From assembly GCA_023259375.1 (NCBI GenBank), contig JAHFQC010000016.1, positions 11,349 through 75,348 on the forward strand: a stretch of DNA of 64,000 bases. The letters run 5' to 3'. A model generated the notes under the pieces. That model made no database searches, was not told the origin of the DNA, and saw only the letters and a program-made list of their open reading frames with translations. Shown here in pieces: positions 1-9,927 of this stretch. Position numbers and translations under genes: made by a program. Every line of letters starts with the position of its first letter. The first letter of the stretch is position 1. The DNA comes from Alphaproteobacteria bacterium. GTDB lineage: Bacteria; Pseudomonadota; Alphaproteobacteria; Micropepsales; Micropepsaceae.

Positions 1-2
1 AC

Positions 3-227
3 ACCGCCAAGACCGCCGACACCCAACCCGACTTCCGCGTCTTCAGCCAGTCCGTTGAAATCGGCGCCGGCTGGGTGAAAACCGCGGAAAGCTCCGGCAA
101 GGATTACGTCAGTCTCAGTCTCGTCGATCCCGTCTTCGGAGGCCGCAAACTCTTCGCCAATCTCGGTCAGGCCGCTGGTCAGGACGATGAAAACGTCTTC
201 GCCGTCATTTGGAATCCGCCCGATTGA
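3..227 (+). CDS. DUF736 family protein, 5' end outside the window
   Basis: Manual translation (not in ORF track): ...TQPDFRVFSQSVEIGAGWVKTAESSGKDYVSLSLVDPVFGGRKLFANLGQAAGQDDENVFAVIWNPPD*; PDFRV/EIGAGW/DYVSL/LIW motifs. Confidence 0.85.
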   Translation, partial: TAKTADTQPDFRVFSQSVEIGAGWVKTAESSGKDYVSLSLVDPVFGGRKLFANLGQAAGQDDENVFAVIWNPPD

Positions 228-237
228 CACCAGGTCG

Positions 238-263
238 CCCAGCGCATCGCGAGGTGCGCTGGG
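238..263 (+). terminator. GC-rich hairpin after DUF736
   Basis: cccagcgcatc-gcga-ggtgcgctggg inverted repeat 10 nt after the stop; no U-tract, so terminator role is uncertain. Confidence 0.4.
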
Positions 264-396
264 TCTCATCCGTACGCGGAGGGGCGAAATCGCCAATTGC
301 CGTTTTCGCCCGTCCCGCGCCGTCAGATTTACGCACATGATTCTTTGGCTGGGGGCGCGATGACCTAGCCCGCGCTTCCCAATAATGGAGTGGCGT

Positions 397-653
397 ATGG
401 ACGACCTTAACGCCCGCACGGCGCAAGGGCGGTCAGGCAGCCCGTATCTCAACACCGCCCAAGAGCCTACTATTTAGGCCTTTCGCCCCGCACGTTGGAG
501 CGCATGCGCTGCCTCGGTTGCGGGCCGGCGTATCGCAAACACGCCCACCGCGTTCGCTACCTCATTGTCGATTTGGACTGCTGGTCTGCCGAGCGGCAAC
601 GCCGTTCGACCACAGAAAATCCTGGCGGATCGAATGATCGCCCGCATGCGTGA
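397..653 (+). pseudogene. Excisionase/AlpA-like HTH DNA-binding protein with a 1-bp frameshift near 463-465
   Basis: ggag RBS then ATG397 MDDLNARTAQGRSGSPYLNTAQ; after the shift AYYLGLSPRTLERMRCLGCGPAYRKHAHRVRYLIVDLDCWS... to TGA653, which overlaps the traF start region. Confidence 0.75.
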
Positions 654-1194
654 CGCTCTTTCATCGCCGGTGGTCTCACTGGGATTTGGGTGGCGGAGAT
701 TTGTCGCAGCATTGGCTACGACGGGCATTGTTGTCGCCCTGATTTGTGGCAAACCCGCCCGCCATTCACCGGTCCTGGTTTGGAACGCAAGCGCGTCGGC
801 CCCAATCGGACTTTATCTCCGCCAGGACGAAATCGCAGTTTCTCGCGGAGATCTTGTGTTAGTCGAGCCGCCGCGCGACTTGGCCAAATTCGCGGACGAG
901 CGGCGTTATCTTCCGCTCGGTGTGCCACTCATCAAAAGGGTGGTGGCAACGTCGGGAAGCACTATTTGCGGTCACGGCGACACCGTCAGCATCGACGGAA
1001 AAGCAGCTCTGAAACGGCTGCAACTGGACGGGAAGAACCGTCCGCTGCCATCATGGGAGGGCTGTCATCGTCTCGGCTCCGCAGAGGTATTTCTAGCCAT
1101 GGAGAACGTTCCGGGCTCGTTCGACGGGCGGTATTTCGGGCCACTTTTAGCCACGACAATCACAGGCCGATTGGTGCCATTATGGACACGCTGA
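634..1194 (+). CDS. traF: Conjugative transfer S26 family peptidase (TraF-like); start 634 or 646
   Basis: VWNASASAPIGLY, PLIKRVVA and SFDGRYFGP motifs; ICE context. Confidence 0.85.
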   Translation: MIARMRDALSSPVVSLGFGWRRFVAALATTGIVVALICGKPARHSPVLVWNASASAPIGLYLRQDEIAVSRGDLVLVEPPRDLAKFADERRYLPLGVPLIKRVVATSGSTICGHGDTVSIDGKAALKRLQLDGKNRPLPSWEGCHRLGSAEVFLAMENVPGSFDGRYFGPLLATTITGRLVPLWTR

Positions 1195-1946
1195 GCATTG
1201 TCACCGCCTGTGCGCTCCTGCTTCAGCCGGGACCTGAAGGGCTTCAGTGTGCCGCTCCTTCATCGCAAGGCTCCGTCCTCAATTCGCGCCAATCCTCGTC
1301 CCACGGTAGCAAATCCGGTGTCTCGAAATGGGCGGACGAGATCGCACAGGTTTCGGCGCAGTTTCGCATGCCTGAGGCCTGGATTGGCGCTGTCATGGGA
1401 GCGGAAAGCGGCGGCCACACGACACTGAGTGGGCTGCCAATCACCTCGACAGCGGGTGCCATGGGCCTCATGCAACTGATGCCGGGCACCTATGACGACC
1501 TGCGCCAGCGCTATGGCCTCGGCGTCGATCCCTACAATCCGCACGATAACATCATTGCCGGTGCCGCCTATTTGCATCGGATGTATGAGCGCTACGGCTG
1601 TCCTCATCTGTTCGGCGCCTATAATGCCGGACCGGGTCGCTTCGACGCCTATCTTAAAACCGGTAAACCCCTCCCATTCGAGACGCGTGCTTACGTCGAT
1701 AAGATTCTCCCCGGCGTTCGGCTAGATGGCAAATGTCAGGCCTCTAAACCAATCCCATCGGCCACTGTTTCGACGGTAAAGACGACCAAATCGGATGGCA
1801 AAAGCGCTCTGTTTTTTGTTCAGTCTGGTGCGCGCAGCGCATCAGAAAATGCAGAAATTACAGCGCCAACTCAGGCCGAAAACACGCGAGCAAAGGCGGT
1901 TTTGTTTGTGCCCTTGAGCCGCGATCTGCACAAGCCCGAAAATTGA
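1182..1946 (+). CDS. Lytic transglycosylase (SLT domain), conjugation associated
   Basis: AVMGAESGG (catalytic Glu), AMGLMQLMPGT and AYNAGPGR motifs; start MDTLSIV overlaps the traF end. Confidence 0.85.
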   Translation: MDTLSIVTACALLLQPGPEGLQCAAPSSQGSVLNSRQSSSHGSKSGVSKWADEIAQVSAQFRMPEAWIGAVMGAESGGHTTLSGLPITSTAGAMGLMQLMPGTYDDLRQRYGLGVDPYNPHDNIIAGAAYLHRMYERYGCPHLFGAYNAGPGRFDAYLKTGKPLPFETRAYVDKILPGVRLDGKCQASKPIPSATVSTVKTTKSDGKSALFFVQSGARSASENAEITAPTQAENTRAKAVLFVPLSRDLHKPEN

Positions 1947-2057
1947 AATTCGTAGAGAAGCGTAGAGATGGCGGTCGGTGGCGGGAGAGAGATGGTCGGC
2001 AAGATAAAAACGATGGCGGCATGTTGCGGCTATCTCCTTGTCTGCACATCTCAATCG

Positions 2058-2088
2058 TTGGCGGCATGCGCTTCACACCTGCCGCCAA
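2058..2088. repeat. 9-bp perfect inverted repeat upstream of the relaxase (candidate oriT element)
   Basis: ttggcggca-N13-tgccgccaa; related ggcggca/tgccgcca copies flank it. Confidence 0.4.
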
Positions 2089-2189
2089 GACACGCGAATG
2101 GCGCGGAAAACGACCCTTTTTGTGCCGCCAATGGCGAAGTGGCGCTGCGTGCCGTTTCCTGATGCGTGCGCAATCACGGCGAGGCTGAC

Positions 2190-2991
2190 ATGGCGAAGGA
2201 CGACGACTTCGAACCGCGGCTCGGACGCATCAGGTCCAACGCCCGCAAAGGATCGCTATCTGACCGGTGTGCTCCGGGGCGTCGCGTGCACAACGGGAAC
2301 GGCGAAGCGTAAGGGTGCGCAGTTCGACGGCAGCCGCATCGGGCGCGGCGGCGGGGCGGGACGCATCCTGAAGTCGCGCGATCGGTTCGGTGCGTTCCGA
2401 GGGCGACGCGTCGTGATCCAGGCTCGTGTCATCCGCCTCAAGGCCTCGGGGCTCAATGTGGCCCGAATGCACCTTCGCTATCTTCAACGGGATGGTGTCA
2501 CCCGGGAGGGGCTCGCGGGTGAACTTTATGATGCCAAGAACGACCGTGCCGAGGCGCGCGAATTCCTGGAGCGGGACGATAGTGACCGTCACCAGTTCCG
2601 CTTCGTTGTTTCGGCCGAAGACGGCGCCTTCTATGACAACCTGAAGCCGGTGACCCGCAGGCTTATGGAGCAGATGGAGAAAGACCTTGGTACGCGCCTC
2701 GACTGGGTGGCGGTCGATCACTGGAATACCGGTCACCCGCACACCCACGTCGTGGTGCGCGGCAAGGACGACCGAGGCGAGGACCTCGTCATCGCCCGGG
2801 AATACATCGCCCACGGAATGCGGGAGCGCGCTGCGGAGATCGTCTCGCTCGATTTCAGTCCACGGACCGACCAGGAGATCGAGAACCGCCTGCGCCAGGA
2901 GATCGACCAGGAACGTCTGACCAGCATCGACCGAGAGCTGTTGCGGGACCAGGACGAGCACGGGCTCGTGCGGGCGTATTCATGCCACTAG
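2190..2991 (+). pseudogene. VirD2-like relaxase, frameshifted near its N-terminus and C-terminally truncated
   Basis: ATG2190 MAKDDDFEPRLGRIRS frame stops early; the next frame carries RRVVIQAR, HLRYLQRDG, HQFRFVVSAED, WVAVDHWNTGHPHTHVVVRG (HUH) and DQERLTSIDR, then stops at 2991 with no C-terminal half. Confidence 0.85.
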
Positions 2992-3385
2992 TGATCGCAA
3001 ATGTGGATCAACGTCGTTTCAAATCTGTATACGGAAGTGTTGTTGACGCCATCCGTCTGGCAACGGATCAACGCTCTGGATAAATGTATCATGCATAAAC
3101 AATCGCGGTGAATCCGTATCATGACCCCATGCAAACGCAATTGGGATCTGGCACATATCGCCAATTGGCGTGACGCGCGCGAGGATAAAACGAAGTTGGG
3201 GACTTGATTTTGGTCGGCCATGCGGTGGGCGGCCAAGTGTGACGGTATAAGGGAAAGTACTGGTTTTGCAGAACGTCGCACCTGTTCGCTGGGTTCTGTG
3301 CCACCGTCGCGAGGAGTGCCCTGACGGAACCTGACATTGCCTTGCCGTGTTGCCGCGTGATTGTGCTTATGCCAGTGTTTTCCCC

Positions 3386-3748
3386 ATGATCATTCCGACT
3401 ATGAATGTGAGCGATATGCAGCGTGCGCTCGACTTCTACACCGGGGTGCTAGACTTTTCGGCTGCGTATGTGTGGTCTGACGGTGGAGCGCATGGGTACG
3501 CCGTTTTGCGGCGCGGTAATGACGAACTCCATTTGTCGGGTTTTGGGGGCAAGGCTTTCGAGCATGCCGCAATTGTCGTGGTACCGGAAGTGGATGATCT
3601 CTACCGGCTCTTCCTTGATAGAGGGCTCGATCCATCAGGCAAACCCGATTCGCCGGTGCATCAGGGGCCTGTCGATCAGACGTGGGACACAAGGGAGTTT
3701 TATGCCGACGATCCGGACGGCAATACGGTAATATTCCAGAAGCGTTGA
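3386..3748 (+). CDS. VOC/glyoxalase/bleomycin-resistance family protein
   Basis: IPTMNVSDMQRALDFYTGVLDF ... WDTREFYADDPDGN. Confidence 0.85.
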   Translation: MIIPTMNVSDMQRALDFYTGVLDFSAAYVWSDGGAHGYAVLRRGNDELHLSGFGGKAFEHAAIVVVPEVDDLYRLFLDRGLDPSGKPDSPVHQGPVDQTWDTREFYADDPDGNTVIFQKR

Positions 3749-3752
3749 ACCC

Positions 3753-5237
3753 ATGAAGGAACCGAGCGAGATCGACAATCTGTTTGCCTTCGACAATAGC
3801 TATGCGCGGCTGCCGGCGCGTTTTTTTGCCCGCCTTGCGCCCACGCCGGTTCGTGCGCCCAAGCTGGTTCAACTGAATGAGGCGCTGGCTTCCGATCTGG
3901 GACTGGACGCGCAACGGCTATCGAGCCCCGAAGGCGTAGCCATTTTGTCGGGCAACGCGGTACCAAGTGGAAGCGAACCGATTGCATTGGCTTATGCCGG
4001 TCACCAGTTCGGACAGTTCGTCCCGCAATTGGGTGACGGTCGTGCGATTTTGTTGGGCGAAGTCGTCGGTCGCGACGGCGTTCGTTACGACATCCAGCTG
4101 AAGGGATCGGGGCGGACTCCGTTTTCGCGGAGCGGCGATGGACGTGCTGCGCTGGGTCCGGTTCTGCGCGAGTACATCGTCAGCGAAACAATGGCGGCTC
4201 TCGGGATCCCGACGACACGGAGCCTCGCGGCCGTCACGACCGGGGAAAGTGTGATGCGCGAGACCGTGCTGCCTGGCGCGATTTTGACCCGCGTTGCCGC
4301 AAGCCATCTGCGCATCGGAACATTTCAGTATCTGGCGGCGTGGGGCGATCAGGATGGCGTTCGTCAAATCGCGGACTATGCCATCGCGCGGCATTATCCC
4401 GCTTGCGCCGCCGCACCGAACCCCTATCGGTCGTTGCTTGATATGGTCATTGAACGTCAGGCCAGCCTTGTGGCGCGCTGGTTGCTGGTCGGCTTCATCC
4501 ATGGCGTGATGAATACCGACAATACGTCGATTTCGGGCGAGACCATTGACTACGGCCCCTGTGCGTTTCTGGACACCTATGAGCCGGCCAAGGTTTTCAG
4601 TTCGATCGATGTTCGCGGCCGCTATGCCTATGGCAATCAGCCACGAATTGCGCACTGGAATCTGTCTCGGTTGGCGGAAACCATGTTGCCGCTCTTGGCC
4701 GGCAGCGAAGAGGACGCAGTCTCTATCGCGCAGGAGGCGCTCGCCGCCTTTGCGCCGAAATTCGAAGCGGCTTACATGGCTGGGCTGTGTCGAAAAATTG
4801 GCTTGCAGCAGGTGCGCTCGGGCGATGAGGATTTGGCGAAGGATTTGCTGGCGCGGATGGCCGCGAACCAGGCTGATTTCACGCTGACGTTCCGTCGGCT
4901 GTGTGACGAAGCCAGTGATCGCGAACCACAGCAATCCGCGCGCAGCTTGTTTAGCGATCCGGCATCGTTCGACGCGTGGAAGGCCCGGTGGCGGCAGCGG
5001 CTCGCGGGAGAGGAGGGCGATGCGCCCGCCTTGATGCGCACGGTCAATCCCGCGTTTGTCCCGCGCAATCACCGCGTCGAAGAAGCCCTAGCTGCCGCGA
5101 CAACTGGCGATTTTGCGCCGTTCCGGACGTTGCTGTCAGTGCTGGCCCATCCCTATGACGACCAGCCGGGTTTCGAACACTACGCCGATCCGCCGACACC
5201 GGATCAAGTGGTAGAGCAGACATTTTGCGGAACCTGA
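3753..5237 (+). CDS. selO: Protein adenylyltransferase SelO (YdiU/UPF0061)
   Basis: YAGHQFG..LGDGRA, IQLKGSGRTPFSRSGDGRA, GFIHGVMNTDN, IDYGPCAF, NPAFVPRNHRVE, C-terminal TFCGT. Confidence 0.95.
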   Translation: MKEPSEIDNLFAFDNSYARLPARFFARLAPTPVRAPKLVQLNEALASDLGLDAQRLSSPEGVAILSGNAVPSGSEPIALAYAGHQFGQFVPQLGDGRAILLGEVVGRDGVRYDIQLKGSGRTPFSRSGDGRAALGPVLREYIVSETMAALGIPTTRSLAAVTTGESVMRETVLPGAILTRVAASHLRIGTFQYLAAWGDQDGVRQIADYAIARHYPACAAAPNPYRSLLDMVIERQASLVARWLLVGFIHGVMNTDNTSISGETIDYGPCAFLDTYEPAKVFSSIDVRGRYAYGNQPRIAHWNLSRLAETMLPLLAGSEEDAVSIAQEALAAFAPKFEAAYMAGLCRKIGLQQVRSGDEDLAKDLLARMAANQADFTLTFRRLCDEASDREPQQSARSLFSDPASFDAWKARWRQRLAGEEGDAPALMRTVNPAFVPRNHRVEEALAAATTGDFAPFRTLLSVLAHPYDDQPGFEHYADPPTPDQVVEQTFCGT

Positions 5238-5662
5238 TTTGCCTAATGCCCTGGGAGACCGGCGCTACCGACCGGTACCTTGACCGCCCCACACTTCGCC
5301 GCATTCGGCGAGCCGGATTTGATCCCCATTCCCGTAAACTCATGGCGAAGGCACAATACTCGTAACGGGGCAGCCGCCCGCAGCTCCGATTTCCTGACGA
5401 ATGGGAACGATCGGGGCAGGGAGCCAGAGTCGCGCACAGCGCGCCAAGCCTTTGCCGGCCGCAAATTCAAGATCGTGCTGTAGCGAAAGTTTCGCCATGT
5501 TTGGACCCTGTGTGCTAGGGGGCGGCGGCGTTGTGGTGCAAACTCAGCTGGTGGCCACCAATTTCATTCTCGAATTTCAGCCGGAGCAGATCGGCAACGA
5601 TGCCGCGGCGTATATTTGAGATCGAGCGCCACTCATAGATGAGGGCCGTTGCTGAGCTGACG

Positions 5663-6595
5663 CTAAAGCTTGCGTGCTTGCGCCGGTTTACCTAGGGGGC
5701 ATTCCAGTGATGCGCGGTCCCATTTGGCTGCCTCTGCCGCGGCGGCATAAGTCGAGGACAGGAAATCGAGCAATTTTGCATCGGGATCGGCAGCAGTGCG
5801 GACTGTATCGTAAGCCAGGATATATTCACCCAATGCCGCATTGTAGAGGGAGCCTTGGGGCACTGGATGCTCACGAAAGCCAGACGGTTCTGGATATGCA
5901 TAAGAATAGAAAGCGGCTTGTGGGAACGCCTCGTTGCCAGGCCAGAACCCCGCACTGCTCACTTCGTGCGAATAGGCCTCGCGCGTGACGCTGTCGGGCA
6001 GCCCCGGTATGCCACCGGGATGGAAGGGCGCAAGCCTACCCGAAAAGCGCGTCACGGCGAGATCAAATCCGCCCCAGAAGAAATGAACCGGGCTTGCCTT
6101 GCCGATAAAGCCGCTACGAAAGAGCTTAAAGACGCGATCGATTTGGATGAGTGCACGCCAAAAGCGATGCGCGGCGCCGGCGTCATAACTCCTATGTGTG
6201 TGATCCCGTGAAAAGCGGATAGGGTTGGCTACTTCGTTCGGCAACTCGTTGATGGTTGGCTCGACACCGATCTTCTTCAGAAGATCCATGACATGGCGGT
6301 GGAAGACGGATACTGGCTGCGGCTCGAGTGGCGTTCTTCGCTCTTCGCCTCGACTGGTGCGCAAAATGAGCTGATGACAGATGAAATCGAACTCGATCTC
6401 GAGGATTTCATTACCTACGGGAATTGGCGAGGTGCTCAGTCCGCGAGCCGTTACGTAAAACGGGACTTGCCATCCATGATTCAGCCACGGTGTCAGCATG
6501 AGCCGGACCTTCCCAACGATCTGTGTCCAGAGTTGGAGCGTCGCGGCTGTTTCGCGCCAGGCGGTATAGGGCAGGTCGGGCCAGTCTGGGTTCAC
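5663..6595 (-). CDS. DUF5996 family protein
   Basis: WPDLPYTAWRETAATLQLWTQIVGKVRL, SPVHFFWGGFDLAVTRFSGR, EAYSHEVSSAGFWPG, FYSYAYPEP. Confidence 0.85.
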   Translation of the reverse strand: MNPDWPDLPYTAWRETAATLQLWTQIVGKVRLMLTPWLNHGWQVPFYVTARGLSTSPIPVGNEILEIEFDFICHQLILRTSRGEERRTPLEPQPVSVFHRHVMDLLKKIGVEPTINELPNEVANPIRFSRDHTHRSYDAGAAHRFWRALIQIDRVFKLFRSGFIGKASPVHFFWGGFDLAVTRFSGRLAPFHPGGIPGLPDSVTREAYSHEVSSAGFWPGNEAFPQAAFYSYAYPEPSGFREHPVPQGSLYNAALGEYILAYDTVRTAADPDAKLLDFLSSTYAAAAEAAKWDRASLECPLGKPAQARKL

Positions 6596-6680
6596 GCATT
6601 CTCTCCTATACAGGGCCTATGGCTGGACATTCATTTGTTGGCTTAAACAGCGGTTCCCGCAAGCGTGATGGATAACGGCC

Positions 6681-8102
6681 ATGACATGGGGCAGCTATAC
6701 CGCCGGTGATCTCTGCGCCACCCGGGCCGCTTCCGCGAAGGCACAACCAGCGCATGCGGCGCTGGTGCTGACCGCCTGCATCCTCGCTTCCACTCTCGCA
6801 TTCGTTGACGGCTCGGTCGTCAATGTCGGGCTGCCTGCCATCGGCCAGAGTCTGAAGGGTGATGCAGAAAGGCTCCAGTGGGTGATCAATGCCTATCTCC
6901 TGCCACTCAGCGCTCTGCTGCTGCTCGGCGGGGCGGCGGGCGATCGCTTTGGCCGACGGCGCGTGCTGATTTTTGGGATCGTGCTGTTTGGTATCAGTTC
7001 CGCCCTCTGTGCCGCCGCGCCGGATTTGTCCTGGCTTCTGACGGCGCGCAGCCTTCAAGGCACCGGCGCGGCCCTGCTCCTGCCGAGCAGCCTCGCGATT
7101 CTCGGCAACAGCTTCTCCGGCGAGGCACGAGGCCGCGCAGTCGGCACCTGGTCGGCCGCGAGCGCGATTGGGGGTGCCATCGGGCCCGTGCTGGGCGGCT
7201 GGCTGATCGATGTTTTCGGCTGGCGTGAGATATTCCTGCTCAACATTCCGCTGGCGATCGCCGCGGCCGGATTGGCACTTATCTATATCCGCGATCCTAT
7301 CATACGCGGGCAGACGCCGATCGATCTCACCGGTGCGCTCCTCGCGGCCGTGTCGCTCGGTTTCCTCACATGGGGCCTGACGGTGGGTGCCGGCCGTGAC
7401 CACTGGCCGAGAGAGGCCATCGCGATGCTCGGGGCGGGCGTCGTCCTGTTCGCTGCTTTTCTCTGGGTCGAATGGCGGCGTGGCGACAGCGCGATGATGC
7501 CGCTCGCGCTCTTCCGATCGTCGGATTTTGTCGGGCTCAGTATCCTTACTCTGCTGCTGTATGGCGCGTTGGGCGCGTTGTTCGTTCTTGTGCCGTACGT
7601 GTTGATTCAGGGAGCCGGTTTCTCGGGTACCGCGGCCGGGGCCGCACTGCTGCCACTTCCGCTCATCCTCGCCGCCAGCTCTCGCGCAATGGGCGGGCTC
7701 TCCGGCCGTATCGGTTCGCGCCTGCCGCTTACCTTCGGCCCGATCATCGTCGCCGCCGGTGTTCTGCTGTTTTTGCTGTTTGATTCCGGCTCCGGCTACT
7801 GGTGCGGGATGCTCCCCGCTATCCTCGCTGTCGCGCTTGGCATGGCCGGTGCGGTCGCGCCGCTCACCACGGCCGTGCTCGCTTCCGTAGATGCGCGTCA
7901 CACCGGCGCCGCTTCGGGTCTCAATAGCGCACTCGCACGGATCGGCGGCTTGATCGCGACGGCGCTGATCGGTAGGGTAATTGGTGCGACGGGTGGGGCG
8001 CTCTTCGCCGCGTTTCACACCGCGGTCATCGCTTGCGCCATCTCCGCGTTGACCGCCGGTATCGCTGCATTTTTTCTGGTGCGCGATCGCCCGCCATTGT
8101 GA
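6681..8102 (+). CDS. MFS transporter, DHA2-like drug/metabolite exporter
   Basis: AFVDGSVVNVGLP, WVINAYLL, GDRFGRRR motif A, GPVLGGWL; about 14 hydrophobic segments. Confidence 0.9.
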   Translation: MTWGSYTAGDLCATRAASAKAQPAHAALVLTACILASTLAFVDGSVVNVGLPAIGQSLKGDAERLQWVINAYLLPLSALLLLGGAAGDRFGRRRVLIFGIVLFGISSALCAAAPDLSWLLTARSLQGTGAALLLPSSLAILGNSFSGEARGRAVGTWSAASAIGGAIGPVLGGWLIDVFGWREIFLLNIPLAIAAAGLALIYIRDPIIRGQTPIDLTGALLAAVSLGFLTWGLTVGAGRDHWPREAIAMLGAGVVLFAAFLWVEWRRGDSAMMPLALFRSSDFVGLSILTLLLYGALGALFVLVPYVLIQGAGFSGTAAGAALLPLPLILAASSRAMGGLSGRIGSRLPLTFGPIIVAAGVLLFLLFDSGSGYWCGMLPAILAVALGMAGAVAPLTTAVLASVDARHTGAASGLNSALARIGGLIATALIGRVIGATGGALFAAFHTAVIACAISALTAGIAAFFLVRDRPPL

Positions 8103-8419
8103 CGCTCACCCAACTCTCAAGGCCACTGTTCAGAGATGGACACACGTGTCACCGACGCACGAAAATAACTTATGTGTGTCACAAACAAACTGATTTTAGC
8201 TTTGATGACGATAACCTTTCGGGTCTTCCGACGGCTTCTTTCTCAAAATCGAAGAATTCGAACCGCCGTCGCGAGATGCGCTTAAAAGGCGAATGGCGAA
8301 GTTCCAATTGGCACCCTTGTGCGCCAGTCGATAAATAGTAAGCGCGGGTCTGTGCCCAAAACGCCGTCCGCTGAGGTCAATGTGTCATCAGCGTGGCGCG
8401 CTCGATATGGTCTCGCTTT

Positions 8420-9766
8420 TCATCTCGTGATCGTTGGAAATCCATCGCCGTAGATGATTGCGACTGAAGTCGGGGCTGGATCTTCGTTCCGCGGGATATT
8501 TTCATTCGCTGGGGAACCGGGACTGGCCGGGGAGGGCGGTTTGGGGCGATTGGTGCCGCCCAGCATGGCCGCGATTTTGGCCGCTGTCCGATTGGCGACG
8601 TCGCACAGCGGGGCGGGCTGGAGGTGGGCGTAGCGTTCGGTCGTACTCGCTTGGCGGTGGCCGAGAACCTTGCCCACGAGATAGAGGCTGTCGCCACCAG
8701 AGACTGCAATCGACGCGAAGGCGTGGCGAAGATCATGTAAGCGGACGTCGTCGAGGTTGGCGAAGTGGCGGATGCGCTGCCAGGGCTTTTGAATGCCGAC
8801 GAAATGAGCCTCTTCGCGGTCCCCATGAAGGACGTAAGGGTTGTCCTGAAGGCTCGGGAGATCTTCGATTAGAGCGAGGGCGGGGCCGGAGAGCGGGAGG
8901 TTCTTGGGGCCGGTTTTGCTGTCGGGAAGGCGCACCAAACCGCGGTTCCAGTCGATATAGGACCATTTCAGCGTCAAAATCTCACTGAGCCGGGCACCGG
9001 TGAAGAGGAGGAGTCGATAGCAAGCGACCGCCCGCCAGTCCTCCGGCGCTTTGCGGCGGCGCTCGCGTGGTGGCAGGGCCTCCCATTCCGCATCCGAATA
9101 GCCGCGTTCGGCGTGGTCCAAAGCTTCGCCGAGCCGCGCCAACTCTTCGCTTGTTAAGAACCGTTCGCGCGAGTGCTCCTTGATGCGGTCGACGCCCCGG
9201 CAGGGATTGGTGTAATGGGCCCGAAGACCCCATTTTTCCGCAACCGTCATCATCGCCGAGAGCGTCCCCAAGCAACGGTTGCCTTTGACTTTGAACCCGC
9301 GCAGGTCGAGCTGGATTTTGGAGGCGTGTCCGCGGGTGATTTCGCTCATTTTGAGGGGGCCGATCACCGGCAGGATATGGAGGCGCAGGTTTCGGGCGTC
9401 TTCCTGGACCGCACGGGGCTTTTTGTGCAGTGGGGCGTAGTCCTCCAGGTACATCTTGGCGAATTCGGCAAAGGTTGGTTGGGTGCCAAAGGCGTCACGC
9501 TCAGCCGAGGGATCTCGTGGGTTCTCGTTACTCTCCGTCAGCCCCAAAAGCCGGCGGGCTTCGGAGCGGGCGGTCGCGGGTGTCCAGGGGGACCCGTGGC
9601 GGCCGATCGTGAAATATCGTTGCCGGCCATGAAACCGGTACTTCAGGATGTAGACCGTGTTCTGGCATTGGCGCCGGGCCCCAAAACCAGCCACATCGGT
9701 GTCCCAAATTGTCGCACCTGATTCGAGATTCGCGACACTCGTCAAAGTGATTTTCTGGCGCGCCAA
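8420..9766 (-). CDS. int: Tyrosine recombinase/integrase with N-terminal arm-binding domain (TTG start)
   Basis: WDTDVAGFGAR and TIGRHGSPWT arm domain; catalytic R (TGARLSE), K (DSKTG), HDLRH, LGH and Y (TERYAH) all present. Confidence 0.93.
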   Translation of the reverse strand: MARQKITLTSVANLESGATIWDTDVAGFGARRQCQNTVYILKYRFHGRQRYFTIGRHGSPWTPATARSEARRLLGLTESNENPRDPSAERDAFGTQPTFAEFAKMYLEDYAPLHKKPRAVQEDARNLRLHILPVIGPLKMSEITRGHASKIQLDLRGFKVKGNRCLGTLSAMMTVAEKWGLRAHYTNPCRGVDRIKEHSRERFLTSEELARLGEALDHAERGYSDAEWEALPPRERRRKAPEDWRAVACYRLLLFTGARLSEILTLKWSYIDWNRGLVRLPDSKTGPKNLPLSGPALALIEDLPSLQDNPYVLHGDREEAHFVGIQKPWQRIRHFANLDDVRLHDLRHAFASIAVSGGDSLYLVGKVLGHRQASTTERYAHLQPAPLCDVANRTAAKIAAMLGGTNRPKPPSPASPGSPANENIPRNEDPAPTSVAIIYGDGFPTITR

Positions 9767-9927
9767 GGCTATACTCCGTACACTGAGTAGATGTGATTTC
9801 AGCTACCAAACAGCAACCAGTTTAATGAGAATGCGTGGCGGCAGAAAAGTAGGCCTGTCGCATAAAATCCTTATTTAATAGGGGTTCTGACGGTGTGTGG
9901 CGGTATCTGTCGGTCCTATTGGAGCGG

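Noticed and set aside
690-1181. N-terminal extension of the 418-aa ORF 690-1946
   Set aside because: It overlaps traF in another frame; the recognisable SLT protein starts at ATG1182
2038-2189. ORF-track start of the relaxase
   Set aside because: The family-typical N-terminus MAKDDDFEPRLGRIR starts at 2190 in another frame, so the upstream in-frame extension is spurious
5240-5660. Small ORFs or a pseudogene between selO and DUF5996
   Set aside because: No recognisable motif in the frames I translated
3918-8018. Long antisense ORFs 3918-5072 and 6606-8018
   Set aside because: Shadow frames of selO and the MFS gene, expected in high-GC DNA, with no motifs
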